Part shown: piece after piece, positions 1 through 9,470 of the stretch
Layout: every line of letters begins with the position of its first letter
Numbering within the stretch: the first letter of the stretch is position 1
IMG/VR virus record: IMGVR_UViG_3300025693_000001
Source of the DNA: a virus
Lineage: Duplodnaviria; Heunggongvirae; Uroviricota; Caudoviricetes
Reading direction: 5' to 3' (one strand)
Length of the DNA stretch: 64,000 nucleotides
Notes under the pieces: generated by a model
What the model was told of the DNA's origin: nothing
Database searches by the model: none
What the model saw: only the letters and a program-made list of their open reading frames with translations
Translations under genes and position numbers: made by a program

Positions 1-208
1 GTGAGTAACTAACCACTCCAACCAATGTGATAACACCTTCGATCAGATTGACGCCCTCCCACACCAGTTCTCGATGCCCATCAGTACCATACATATCATC
101 AATAAAATCAGTAGCTCCGGTAATGACAGGAGCTATGTCGTCTAATATCTTTTTGGTTTCAGTGTGAAACACCTCATCACGAGAGCGAAACATCTTCACT
201 ATATCCAT
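1..208 (-). CDS. Hypothetical protein, 3'-truncated by window edge
   Basis: ATG at 208 just after the stop of the upstream gene; frame open to position 1 (MDIVKMFRSRDEVFHTETKK...). Not in the ORF track. Confidence 0.7.
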   Translation of the reverse strand, partial: MDIVKMFRSRDEVFHTETKKILDDIAPVITGATDFIDDMYGTDGHRELVWEGVNLIEGVITLVGVVSYS

Positions 209-211
209 ACG

Positions 212-1324
212 TTAAATTCCTTTTGTTGATATTGTATTTATCACACCACGTTCAAGCCAAACCGACTCCTGCACTTCCATCAGTAAGCCAGCAGCAAATT
301 TGATGTTAGGCTTTTTTGGTAGTTGAGTTTTTTTGTACCATGTGTCGCGTATAGCGGTATCCATAGCAACGGCATAATCCAACAACTCATCATAACTCCA
401 TTTACCAGCTCTGATGTCTAACAATTCTTGAGCATCTGGACGCTTCACTAGGATGTGACCGTGTTCCAATGCTTCTTGTCCCATACGCATCAACCGAACC
501 AGATGCATTGCATGTTTGGTATCATACCCATGCTCAACCTCCAATTCAGATCTAACTTCATTTCGGTTGTTCTTCCACGTCCAGTAATTTTTATACTTTT
601 CTTTATCCACCAAGTAATCCGATTTGTTGAATTTGATTACAGCTAATGGAGGTGGCAAGGATTCCCGTGCACCATCGAACAACACATTCAAACTACCAGA
701 GTCGGAATACATTTGTGAGCGATTTGTATTCAAGCCATCACAATTGACGTTGTGGTATACCCCGAACAACTCTCCACCGTATGGAACCAATCTGGTGTTA
801 TCACGTATACGCGTAACATCAAAATCCCTAGGCATCACTCTTGTGTTACCATACCACTGAACCAACGACACATAGTTGCATTGCATCGGAGGTTGATCGG
901 ATTGGGGATTGTTGATCCACTTGTTGTGTCCTTTGATGCGCTTTAGCTGGGCCATGGCATAGCCGCTCGTGGTGAATGCAATCTTCGATGACAGTAGTTC
1001 AGCTCGGTTTGCTCGCAGCAGATCATATCCAGGTGATCGTGTGATGATATCACTTTCATCTACCCACAACATCTCGATTATGTTCGGGTTACAATCCAAA
1101 CATAATTTCATGAAGTGTGATAATTCATACAACTTAGTATCTTCCTCAGCGCCGTCGTCGACTTCACGCACGGGGAAAAATGGAGTTTGTATATTGATTG
1201 GATCAGCACAGAATAGACCACGCTTGTCGACATCCGACGTTGGTAGGTTGGTGCCATATGAAACAGACCCAGCATACCCTTTGAATATGGTATACTTGTC
1301 CGTCAGAAACGTGTTTGTGTTCAT
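212..1324 (-). CDS. Pol-beta superfamily nucleotidyltransferase, RlaP-like (RNA repair associated)
   Basis: GS-x-SYG-x5-SDVD-x-RG catalytic motif and C-terminal YDTKHAMHLVRL helix typical of this family. Confidence 0.85.
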   Translation of the reverse strand: MNTNTFLTDKYTIFKGYAGSVSYGTNLPTSDVDKRGLFCADPINIQTPFFPVREVDDGAEEDTKLYELSHFMKLCLDCNPNIIEMLWVDESDIITRSPGYDLLRANRAELLSSKIAFTTSGYAMAQLKRIKGHNKWINNPQSDQPPMQCNYVSLVQWYGNTRVMPRDFDVTRIRDNTRLVPYGGELFGVYHNVNCDGLNTNRSQMYSDSGSLNVLFDGARESLPPPLAVIKFNKSDYLVDKEKYKNYWTWKNNRNEVRSELEVEHGYDTKHAMHLVRLMRMGQEALEHGHILVKRPDAQELLDIRAGKWSYDELLDYAVAMDTAIRDTWYKKTQLPKKPNIKFAAGLLMEVQESVWLERGVINTISTKGI

Positions 1325-1360
1325 AATATCCCTGTATTATTATAATTATTATATCGGGAT

Positions 1361-1389
1361 ATTATACTACATTTTAGTTCATCTTGCAA
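1361..1389 (-). promoter_or_regulatory. Sigma70-type (early) promoter
   Basis: Minus strand TTGCAA-17 nt-TATAAT upstream of the nucleotidyltransferase gene. Confidence 0.75.
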
Positions 1390-1390
1390 C

Positions 1391-2059
1391 TTACCACAAC
1401 GACTCGATGTCGTCTGTTGAAACTGCGTTGATGTCTGGTTTTGTATAGAATGGGATGGTGGGTGTTGGTAGAATGGATAGTTCCGCTAAATCGGATGTAT
1501 CACAATTCCACCCAACGTAGCTGTAGCCATGAGTAACGGAACCGAAACTGACTTCCGTCTTTTCGTTTGTGTATTGTGTGAATTTTGATTTCGGTAAGCA
1601 GTACACTGCGCAATCATCGATATCGACCAGCACCAGAAAATCAGCTGTTGGATTTGATATATCGGTATCAGCACTATCCAACCCAACGCGATTGTGTCTT
1701 GTCCTTATGGACTTCACTTGGTATGTGTCGTTGGTATCTAGATCAATGAAATCCAACCCACCTTTTTGTTCGGATTCGGATTCGCATAAACTGAATGCTG
1801 TGGATTTGTTGTGTAATTGTATACTGCGGATGGCAATTAACTCACTAACACATCCAGGAATAGAATGTTGAGCTCCGTACCGGATATTATATTTGTCCCA
1901 AGGCATGTGCTTGTTAGCGGTGCCCTTGGTTGTTATGGTTTTGATTAAGAATCCCTCCCACGCCTGTTGAATGGCTAACGGGAGGGTGTCGAAAAATTGG
2001 TCAACGATACGTGTACCAATTATAGTGAAGTGAGCGGGTGTGCGTTTTAGTGTTCTCAT
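1391..2059 (-). CDS. Hypothetical protein, possible PD-(D/E)XK nuclease fold
   Basis: 222 aa ORF; E...GGLDFID...TYQVKS resembles restriction-endonuclease-like motifs II/III. Confidence 0.5.
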   Translation of the reverse strand: MRTLKRTPAHFTIIGTRIVDQFFDTLPLAIQQAWEGFLIKTITTKGTANKHMPWDKYNIRYGAQHSIPGCVSELIAIRSIQLHNKSTAFSLCESESEQKGGLDFIDLDTNDTYQVKSIRTRHNRVGLDSADTDISNPTADFLVLVDIDDCAVYCLPKSKFTQYTNEKTEVSFGSVTHGYSYVGWNCDTSDLAELSILPTPTIPFYTKPDINAVSTDDIESLW

Positions 2060-2089
2060 AACACTATTTACGCCACACCCAAATTGATG

Positions 2090-3163
2090 TTACTCGCTTG
2101 AGGCTTTTGATTGTCTTTTGGATTTTGATGTTTCTTGTTTCTCAACAATCTCATCACCATCAGCAATGTCAGCTTCCAGAAATTTATCCGACTGGCTTTC
2201 AGCTTGCTGTAGGATGTCCTCCGCGTACTTGTGAAACTCTTTCGAGTACCAAGTTTTTTCGTCACCTGTAATAGCATAACGAGATCCACGTTTTTCAATC
2301 AATCCCATGCCAACTGCAACCTCCAGCAACCCCGAATAAGGATCCATACCAGTATCGTATGGTACTTCCAGAGTAGTCGTTTGAAACGGTTTTGTAAATC
2401 GAGTTTTATACCCTTCGGCTTTCATCAAGATTCCGTGAACCTCTCTGGTAGCTTTGTCACGCATTTTGAGCTTTGTCAGCAATAATACCTGCGATAGAGA
2501 AAACTTGATTGCATCACTAACGATCCACGTACCTTCACCATTACGAACATCTTGGTTCTTGTATACTTGGGCTGTTATAACCATCGATATGTTTGGTCGT
2601 TTGATAGCTTGCACGAATTCACGTAACATAGCTTTCAACTGTTTATTGCGTTGACCTTGATCACCTTTTGAAATCCCCTTATCGAAGTTTTCTTCTTCAG
2701 TTTCCGTCATCAACATGTCCAAACTATCGATAACAATCAACATCCTTGGTGCGTCTTCATTCTCACCGTAATCTTTTTTGAAGCCTTTGATTATCTGTGA
2801 TACGACTTTTTTGGTTTGAGGTATGGTATCAACCGAGACATAGAAATAATCTTTGTCCGTGTCAACTCCAATGCTCTGCATGAATCCGTCATCTAGTGCA
2901 TTTTCGGAATCCAGCACCACAATAAACGCTCCTTCTTTTTGAGCCTCTCGAACTGCGTTACCAACCAGAAAGCTTTTACCGGTACCTGACGGTCCTGTAA
3001 ATGCTGTTATTCTGCCTTGTGGCACACCTTTCTTTAGACTACCTGAAACTATGCGGTTAAGAACATAGTTGCCTGTAGAGAACCAGTAACGAGGGGGCTC
3101 TGACGAGCCCACCTGTATACCAGACTTCTCCAGGTCTTTCGACACTGTTTTGAGAAAATCCAT
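2090..3163 (-). CDS. uvsX: RecA-like recombinase (UvsX)
   Basis: STG..LN..VSG, Walker A GPSGTGKS, LDSENALD, IVIDSL motifs; adjacent to gene 32. Confidence 0.95.
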   Translation of the reverse strand: MDFLKTVSKDLEKSGIQVGSSEPPRYWFSTGNYVLNRIVSGSLKKGVPQGRITAFTGPSGTGKSFLVGNAVREAQKEGAFIVVLDSENALDDGFMQSIGVDTDKDYFYVSVDTIPQTKKVVSQIIKGFKKDYGENEDAPRMLIVIDSLDMLMTETEEENFDKGISKGDQGQRNKQLKAMLREFVQAIKRPNISMVITAQVYKNQDVRNGEGTWIVSDAIKFSLSQVLLLTKLKMRDKATREVHGILMKAEGYKTRFTKPFQTTTLEVPYDTGMDPYSGLLEVAVGMGLIEKRGSRYAITGDEKTWYSKEFHKYAEDILQQAESQSDKFLEADIADGDEIVEKQETSKSKRQSKASSE

Positions 3164-4134
3164 TAGCCGTTTTTGCGTCTGTTACGGATTTTCGCTAAGA
3201 TGTCGCTTGCTTCGTCACTAAACTCTTCACCGGATTCTTCGGAGTCATCTGATCCTTCGTCTTCCGCCACTGCTTTTTTCTTAGCAGGTGCAGATTTCGG
3301 AGCTGGTTCAGCTTCTTCCGCTTCATCGTCGTTAGACTGCTCGACTACTTTTTTCTTACCTGGTGCGTTTTTGGAAGCAGGTTTTGCTGCAGGTGCTTCC
3401 TCATCTTCATCACCACTACCGTCATCGTAACTACCACCAGTGATATCAGCTTCTAACATTGATTCCACTTTTTCGTATGTTGGATGTGCAGGAAGTAATG
3501 TTTCCAAAACCAAAAGGTCTTCTTCGATTGCTGCGATTTCGTCTTCATCCAGAGATGATGATTTACGAGCAAACTTCGAACCAACAGCGTATGTATCATA
3601 CTCACCCTGTTTTGTTTTCTTGATAATGAAATTGCAACCATTTTCGTACGCGTATGGGATTTCTTCCAACTCACCACTTTCGAATGACTCTTTAATGATG
3701 TTATATAATTGGAATCCAAGTGCGATCACTCGTACTTTCCCTTCGTGTGAATCACCAGTTTCCGAATCTGCTGGAAGTGGATCTTCAACAACCAATGCTT
3801 GCACTAAATGTTGTTTCTTGCGCCAGTATTTCTTGCCCTGTACTTTATCTTCAGCTTTGTAGTAAGCAGATGATACTTTACATATAGGGCAGTCGTCTTC
3901 ACCGTACATTTTAAGACAAGGTACAGTTTTGTTTTCACCATTAATAACCAATGTATGCATTAATTTCTCAACCATGAAACCTAGAGGGTTTTCTGGATTA
4001 GCGTCAGGTAAAAATCGGATTGTAGCTTGTTCACCAACCTTCATGTTCCAGAAGGGGTAGTAGTTGTTCGGACGAGATTCTTGAGTGTCTTGCTTTTTGA
4101 ATGCGGATCTAAGTTGTTCTATTGATAATGACAT
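3163..4134 (-). CDS. 32: Single-stranded DNA-binding protein, T4 gp32-like
   Basis: IRFLP motif, H...CxxxxxxxxCPIC Zn site, long acidic tail ending in an amphipathic helix. Confidence 0.9.
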   Translation of the reverse strand: MSLSIEQLRSAFKKQDTQESRPNNYYPFWNMKVGEQATIRFLPDANPENPLGFMVEKLMHTLVINGENKTVPCLKMYGEDDCPICKVSSAYYKAEDKVQGKKYWRKKQHLVQALVVEDPLPADSETGDSHEGKVRVIALGFQLYNIIKESFESGELEEIPYAYENGCNFIIKKTKQGEYDTYAVGSKFARKSSSLDEDEIAAIEEDLLVLETLLPAHPTYEKVESMLEADITGGSYDDGSGDEDEEAPAAKPASKNAPGKKKVVEQSNDDEAEEAEPAPKSAPAKKKAVAEDEGSDDSEESGEEFSDEASDILAKIRNRRKNG

Positions 4135-4257
4135 TTATATTTCTCCATAGTTCTTATTATTGTGTTATGTCTATTTTTATTTCTAAGTATTTCATGAGGC
4201 TGTGCATAAGCACTTTAGTGTTGCATCTGGTGACCTCCACCAGACTGTGTTGAGTAT

Positions 4258-4286
4258 AGTATATTGTGGAACGGTATGTCAGTCAA
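4258..4286 (-). promoter_or_regulatory. Sigma70-type promoter of the gene 32/uvsX operon
   Basis: Minus strand TTGACT-17 nt-TATACT; a late-type TAAATA lies just upstream at 4301-4306. Confidence 0.8.
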
Positions 4287-4419
4287 CTCCAACATACAGG
4301 TATTTATGCATTTGGTTGATGCAGGTGCCCACACCACAGGTTTCCACACCACCAATACACTTGGATTATAGAACGATTCCCATGCTTTCGAAAATCATCC
4401 CAAATCCAATGGTATTATG

Positions 4420-7400
4420 CTATTTTGGTAGATCCGTTACCATCACAACTGTTCCTGTAATCGCAGCCCCAATCTGCGCAGAGTTGAACTTCAACATCCC
4501 GGATGTTCGGTTGAAGTTCACTATACCAGCAGCTGGTTCTGACATATTAGCCGTTGCTATAATATTATTCACAACTGTCAGTGGCACTCCATCTGCGAAT
4601 AATGTCAAAGGGTAATCTGCAGCAAGGAAATCATCAGCAAATGCGCCTGTGCCACCAACTGAATCCCCACACGACATCACCTGAGCATCTTTTTCGTACG
4701 TCCAGAGGATATCATGGAATCCTGATGCTGGATTTTGCACCCCTGCTTGAGCATACAACAATCCTGATGATGCTGTCCCACTAGTGTACAAGTCAGTTGG
4801 GACACCCGATATAACTTTCTGAAATGTTACCGTTGACCCCACCCGCACCAGTCTGAATTCATCACCCATCGCGTGGGTGGTTAGATTGCTTGCTTGTATG
4901 TTTCCTTCATACCCCACACTCACTTGTCCGTTTGTGTAGAATCTAAAATAATGTTTAAAGCCAACACTACTTTCTGGGTCGTATGACGATTCTGATGTAT
5001 TTCGTATCGAATCAAAACCCATAGCAGCGTTCATGTTAGCCATGTTAACTTTGAACGACAACGAACAATCACCATAGGTCGTTTGCATACTCTGTCCACC
5101 ATAGTTGCCATTATTGGATACGTTATCAGATGTGATTTCACCAGGTTGTGTTAGTATACTGGACTCATAATATGACGTGAATACCACACGTTCGGTTGTA
5201 GTTCCGGAAACTCCTGGGACTATATTGGTGTCATCGTGTGCAGAAAAACTGCTAAATGTTGGATCCGATTGGCTAGCCAAATAAATAGACGATCTCATAG
5301 TAATTGTGGTGGCATTATCTTTCTGCAAACCATCCACAACACCAACCGTGTAATATTCACCCGCGACAAATGCGGGGGCTGTTGCACCATCCGTAAAATT
5401 GTTGGTAAGTCCATCAATGGTGGCTTCCGATGCTACGTGAGTTGGTTTTGTTTCCAATCCAGACAGTGATTGTGTTAGCTCATACCGAGATATTAGATTT
5501 GCTCCAGGTTTGGATGCTATCACCCCAGAGATGTCAACCATGTCGTTTGTAACGTCTGTTTGGTCCCATGCTATATTCCACATTTGCACGTTGTTCATGG
5601 TACCGCGGAAAAAATTACTAACATTGTACAGGTTGTTCACGAATGCACGTGCATGCGTTCTGGCACCCACATGAGCAACCAGCGTACTCGATGGATTTGA
5701 GAAATCGAGAGTTGCTGTTAGTGTTAGCGTTGCAACCAGTGTGCCATCAATATACAGATACGCACTGGTGGCGTCAAATGCCACAATAACACGATACGTT
5801 CCACCATCAACCGGTGTTGGAAATGTTACGGATGCTCCACCATCTTCGAGAGATAGATTACCCGTATCATTATCCCAGAATAACATTAACCGATTTGTAC
5901 CACCATCGTTATTGATCTCGAATACAACCGAATGCGGTTCTTGCGCAGACGCAAGCAACTGCGAGGCAGATAACTTAGCGATCGGTGCCAAAGTAAACGC
6001 TAGTGTCCCTGTACCAGCGAAAGTACTAGTAGCAAACGATGGGGTCACATCTATCATAGATCTACCCGTAAAACTATAATCTTCGACATCAAAGTTGTGA
6101 CGGGTAGCATGGTTTAAATTACCAGAGGTATCCACGGCGTCAGCGTGGTAACCCTTTATCCAATCGGAACCGTTCCACTGATATTTATCCCACACAAACT
6201 CCTCAAATGGTGAATATCGTGTGTTTAGGGTATCTAACCCCGTTGCTGGACAAATGTTGCGTATAGTCATTGGACGGGCATCATAATTGTTTGGTTGACG
6301 TAACCACAATCCCTTGCCCACCCCATCGGCATCAACCATTGCAAATGATGCTTGTTGTGATGAGGTATCCGTACTCCCATGTAAAGCATTATACATTTTC
6401 ATATCGATTGAATACATAGCTGGCACATTATCGATTAGACCACTCGCAGCTGCATACGGTGCACCATAGTAATCATATGCGATCATTGGTAGTCCTGACG
6501 TTGTCCGCGACACGGTTGTGTTTGGTCCAAATGTTTGGTTGTTCTCGGTTGTACCGTATACCAGAAGAATCGTAGTAGTTTCGGTGTCGTAAATGTCGTT
6601 GGTATAGTAGTCTCTAGCCCACGTCCACATACCACCAGTGTATGAACAAGCCAACTCCAACATATCCGATCCTTCTCTGTGCGCTGATGAGTAATAGCGA
6701 TAAATAGGAATTGCTGGTCCGGGTAGTGCCGTATCCTCCGTAGACCACCAAGCGATGTGGTTTTCCCACCACCCACTAACGTTGTAGAATGTATGCACAA
6801 TAGCCATTTGCTGGACAGGCGATTCAACATCAACAACAATACCAACAACTCTATGCCAATTATCGTTGGTTATGTTGGTATACGAAAATGGGTGACCAGA
6901 ACCAGGATCGTAGTTAGTCCACGAAGTCCCTCCATCGGATGAGCTTGATAAACCTCCATCAAATAACGCCCACACGGTGTTTCCAGCGCCAACAGCGACA
7001 CCCATACATAACGTTTCTCCTCCTATAGGAATACCATTGGTAACGTTCGTCATCTGTGTTATCGTTGGTGTTCCAAGTGGATCCACGATCTTATACAATC
7101 CAGCTGCACCATTTGCTACCCAAAGATTTTTGTTATCATCGACAGCGGTTTGAATCACACTAACACCACCAATTGGTGGTGTTGTTGTTGTATCAAAGTT
7201 ATTATGCATTCCGTTGATTATGTCAACGACAGTAATCCCAGTCGTATCACGACATATAACTGTCCGTCCGTCGAATTTTGACATCTTTCTGTCATCATTG
7301 GTAGACATACCATGCCCACCAATGATAGTGGGAAAATCATTACGCTCTTTGTGATCGTGACGAAATCCCAAATTATCCTCTCTACTGGAATACGAAGTGC

Positions 7401-8463
7401 CCGAACTGAATCCCACAGTGTTTCGCTGTCTGAATGCGTAAGTTGATACCCCGACATCACCGGTGTTATAAATATCGTACCGTTGATACTTCGGATAATC
7501 CGGATCTGTCCAACCATCACCATTTAGCGTCAACAACCCCGTTCCTGTCGCTAGGTGATTAACATCCAAGAATGGTTGAGTAGCAGTTGCAGCATGAATA
7601 TGAACCGGTTGCACCGGGCTGTTAACAAAGTCTGGTGGCAAAGGTGGTACAAAACACGATCTAGTTAGGTAATCAGTAGTATTGGGGCTAGCATTTTCCG
7701 TCATACCATATAACATGCACCCAAATATACGCCCCCCCCAATCGGTTTGGGATAATACAGTATCCATGACCATGGCATTTCTTGTATGATCCACGCGATC
7801 TAACCACGCGCCAGCATAATCCGTGTCATCAATAATGTCCGTGCCCAGGTGATCAGCCACCCTACCCACCTGTTTAGCCGGAGGTTTGTGCCAGTTGGCA
7901 CCGATGCCACCAAAATACGAAATACCATAATCACTACCAGCCCAATACCCCAACCAATTTCCAAGCCATGATTGTCTTGAAAGTGATGACATATGGGTAT
8001 CCGATAGTGCAGCCTCTTCATACTCCACCCGATACGTTATATCCAGCACCTGGGTATTCAATTGTTCACATGGTGGATCCAATCGAACCTTAGTACCTAT
8101 AATCGTGGTACCTAGTCGCACCTGGCGGATGTATCTGGTTGATGATGGTTGGTTGAATCTAGCAATACGCTGAAAGTAACTGGGTGAGCCCAACACGAAA
8201 CTTATTCCTTGTATCGTCGACGATTGTGCTGTGTAGTTCAGGTATGGGGATGAGTTCGAATACCAGTACCCCACTGATCGTATCTCCGCATAATCAACGG
8301 TTGAGACGGACATAGTACCACTAACCTCAGCCCCGTTTAGAAGTTGTTGTATTCCGTATCTGGTTACCATGTTGGTTTCTGTTCGTTCGGAGATGATCTC
8401 CAAGGTTTCAGCATCTCGTAGTGTTAGGGTTACTATCCCACGTGGGTTGAAAGGTTGTGTCAT
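4420..8463 (-). CDS. Large virion/appendage protein, copy A (beta-propeller-like region plus LamG/concanavalin-like domain)
   Basis: 1347 aa; Asp-box-like SSSDGGTSW, Reg_prop-like VDDNKNLWVA, LamG-like YLYIDG...FRGTMNNVQMWN; colinear paralogue of 9471..13517. Confidence 0.7.
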   Translation of the reverse strand: MTQPFNPRGIVTLTLRDAETLEIISERTETNMVTRYGIQQLLNGAEVSGTMSVSTVDYAEIRSVGYWYSNSSPYLNYTAQSSTIQGISFVLGSPSYFQRIARFNQPSSTRYIRQVRLGTTIIGTKVRLDPPCEQLNTQVLDITYRVEYEEAALSDTHMSSLSRQSWLGNWLGYWAGSDYGISYFGGIGANWHKPPAKQVGRVADHLGTDIIDDTDYAGAWLDRVDHTRNAMVMDTVLSQTDWGGRIFGCMLYGMTENASPNTTDYLTRSCFVPPLPPDFVNSPVQPVHIHAATATQPFLDVNHLATGTGLLTLNGDGWTDPDYPKYQRYDIYNTGDVGVSTYAFRQRNTVGFSSGTSYSSREDNLGFRHDHKERNDFPTIIGGHGMSTNDDRKMSKFDGRTVICRDTTGITVVDIINGMHNNFDTTTTPPIGGVSVIQTAVDDNKNLWVANGAAGLYKIVDPLGTPTITQMTNVTNGIPIGGETLCMGVAVGAGNTVWALFDGGLSSSSDGGTSWTNYDPGSGHPFSYTNITNDNWHRVVGIVVDVESPVQQMAIVHTFYNVSGWWENHIAWWSTEDTALPGPAIPIYRYYSSAHREGSDMLELACSYTGGMWTWARDYYTNDIYDTETTTILLVYGTTENNQTFGPNTTVSRTTSGLPMIAYDYYGAPYAAASGLIDNVPAMYSIDMKMYNALHGSTDTSSQQASFAMVDADGVGKGLWLRQPNNYDARPMTIRNICPATGLDTLNTRYSPFEEFVWDKYQWNGSDWIKGYHADAVDTSGNLNHATRHNFDVEDYSFTGRSMIDVTPSFATSTFAGTGTLAFTLAPIAKLSASQLLASAQEPHSVVFEINNDGGTNRLMLFWDNDTGNLSLEDGGASVTFPTPVDGGTYRVIVAFDATSAYLYIDGTLVATLTLTATLDFSNPSSTLVAHVGARTHARAFVNNLYNVSNFFRGTMNNVQMWNIAWDQTDVTNDMVDISGVIASKPGANLISRYELTQSLSGLETKPTHVASEATIDGLTNNFTDGATAPAFVAGEYYTVGVVDGLQKDNATTITMRSSIYLASQSDPTFSSFSAHDDTNIVPGVSGTTTERVVFTSYYESSILTQPGEITSDNVSNNGNYGGQSMQTTYGDCSLSFKVNMANMNAAMGFDSIRNTSESSYDPESSVGFKHYFRFYTNGQVSVGYEGNIQASNLTTHAMGDEFRLVRVGSTVTFQKVISGVPTDLYTSGTASSGLLYAQAGVQNPASGFHDILWTYEKDAQVMSCGDSVGGTGAFADDFLAADYPLTLFADGVPLTVVNNIIATANMSEPAAGIVNFNRTSGMLKFNSAQIGAAITGTVVMVTDLPK

Positions 8464-8493
8464 TGTGTTATCCTAAAATATGTATGTATTTGT

Positions 8494-8499
8494 TATTTA
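8494..8499 (-). promoter_or_regulatory. T4-type late promoter core (TAAATA)
   Basis: CATAAATA in the intergenic gap before the 1347 aa gene, followed by an AGGA SD. Confidence 0.65.
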
Positions 8500-8507
8500 T
8501 GTGAATG

Positions 8508-9452
8508 TTATCCACCGATATTACCACCTGTTAGCACACTAACTTCATATACCGGTACGTGAGGAATATATGTGTCATTCATCACCGATGAGGAAACTAC
8601 CTGGTTGGTATCCAGTGTTAGCCTAGCTACCGCGTATGTGGGTATACTGGGTAAATACGTATTAGCAAATGTTGATACGGATGTTACTTGGTTTGTTGAT
8701 AATGTCAACCGTTCAACGGTATGAACTGGGGTCGATTGGGTGTATGATGCATTCATAGTCGATGCTGTTACCATTATACCAGATAGCCCAGATGATGGAT
8801 CATACCTAATATTGGACGGTTGATGAAGGCCGTCACGATATATCGATAGTATACGAAAAGCACTTGTTGTGTTTGGTGTTATTGATATTCGACTGCTACC
8901 TTCAGGAACAACATCAAACGTTATCCACGGTCCCAACATCGGTAAATGTTGTATCTGATATTCTTCAAGATAATGAGAGTCGCATGTAGGTAACGTCCAA
9001 CTTAATTGGTATTTGGTGGTTGGCGTGAAATATCCCGTAGAAGTTGCATAAGCTATATAATATAGTGTTGCTCCCCGACAGTCATATTTGGCATAGGACG
9101 TATATGATGCGTCCATCGTCGATTTTGATGTTGGCGTTCCGTATACAACAACTTCATCATACCGCTCAGCCAACGTAAAACGATCAACATATATACGAAA
9201 ATAACGATCCGATGAATCCACTGCATCGTAGGTAACCGATGTAGCATACACAGAAGTCAACCAATTCACGGGGGTTCCCCGAGTTTGCTCCCATTGGTAG
9301 TTGTGCAGTTCCGTATCGGTTGGATCTATCGTTATTGTTGCATTCAGTGTAACCGTAGTACTACACATAGCATATTGGTCAGGGCCAGCATCAACACCAA
9401 CCGGAATGATTGGTGTTGGAGCGCCTATGATTGATACATTTTGAAATGCCAT
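8508..9452 (-). CDS. Virion protein with PKD/Ig-like and FN3-like domains and C-terminal ~29 aa repeats, copy A
   Basis: VDAGPDQ...YQWEQTRG (PKD/K319-like), LSWTLP (FN3-like); paralogue of 13563..14513. Confidence 0.65.
   Translation of the reverse strand: MAFQNVSIIGAPTPIIPVGVDAGPDQYAMCSTTVTLNATITIDPTDTELHNYQWEQTRGTPVNWLTSVYATSVTYDAVDSSDRYFRIYVDRFTLAERYDEVVVYGTPTSKSTMDASYTSYAKYDCRGATLYYIAYATSTGYFTPTTKYQLSWTLPTCDSHYLEEYQIQHLPMLGPWITFDVVPEGSSRISITPNTTSAFRILSIYRDGLHQPSNIRYDPSSGLSGIMVTASTMNASYTQSTPVHTVERLTLSTNQVTSVSTFANTYLPSIPTYAVARLTLDTNQVVSSSVMNDTYIPHVPVYEVSVLTGGNIGG
9379..9452. repeat. 74 bp perfect direct repeat, copy 1
   Basis: Identical to 14440..14513 (first 24-25 codons of the two paralogues). 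Confidence 0.95.
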
Positions 9453-9470
9453 TATATAACCCTTAGCACG

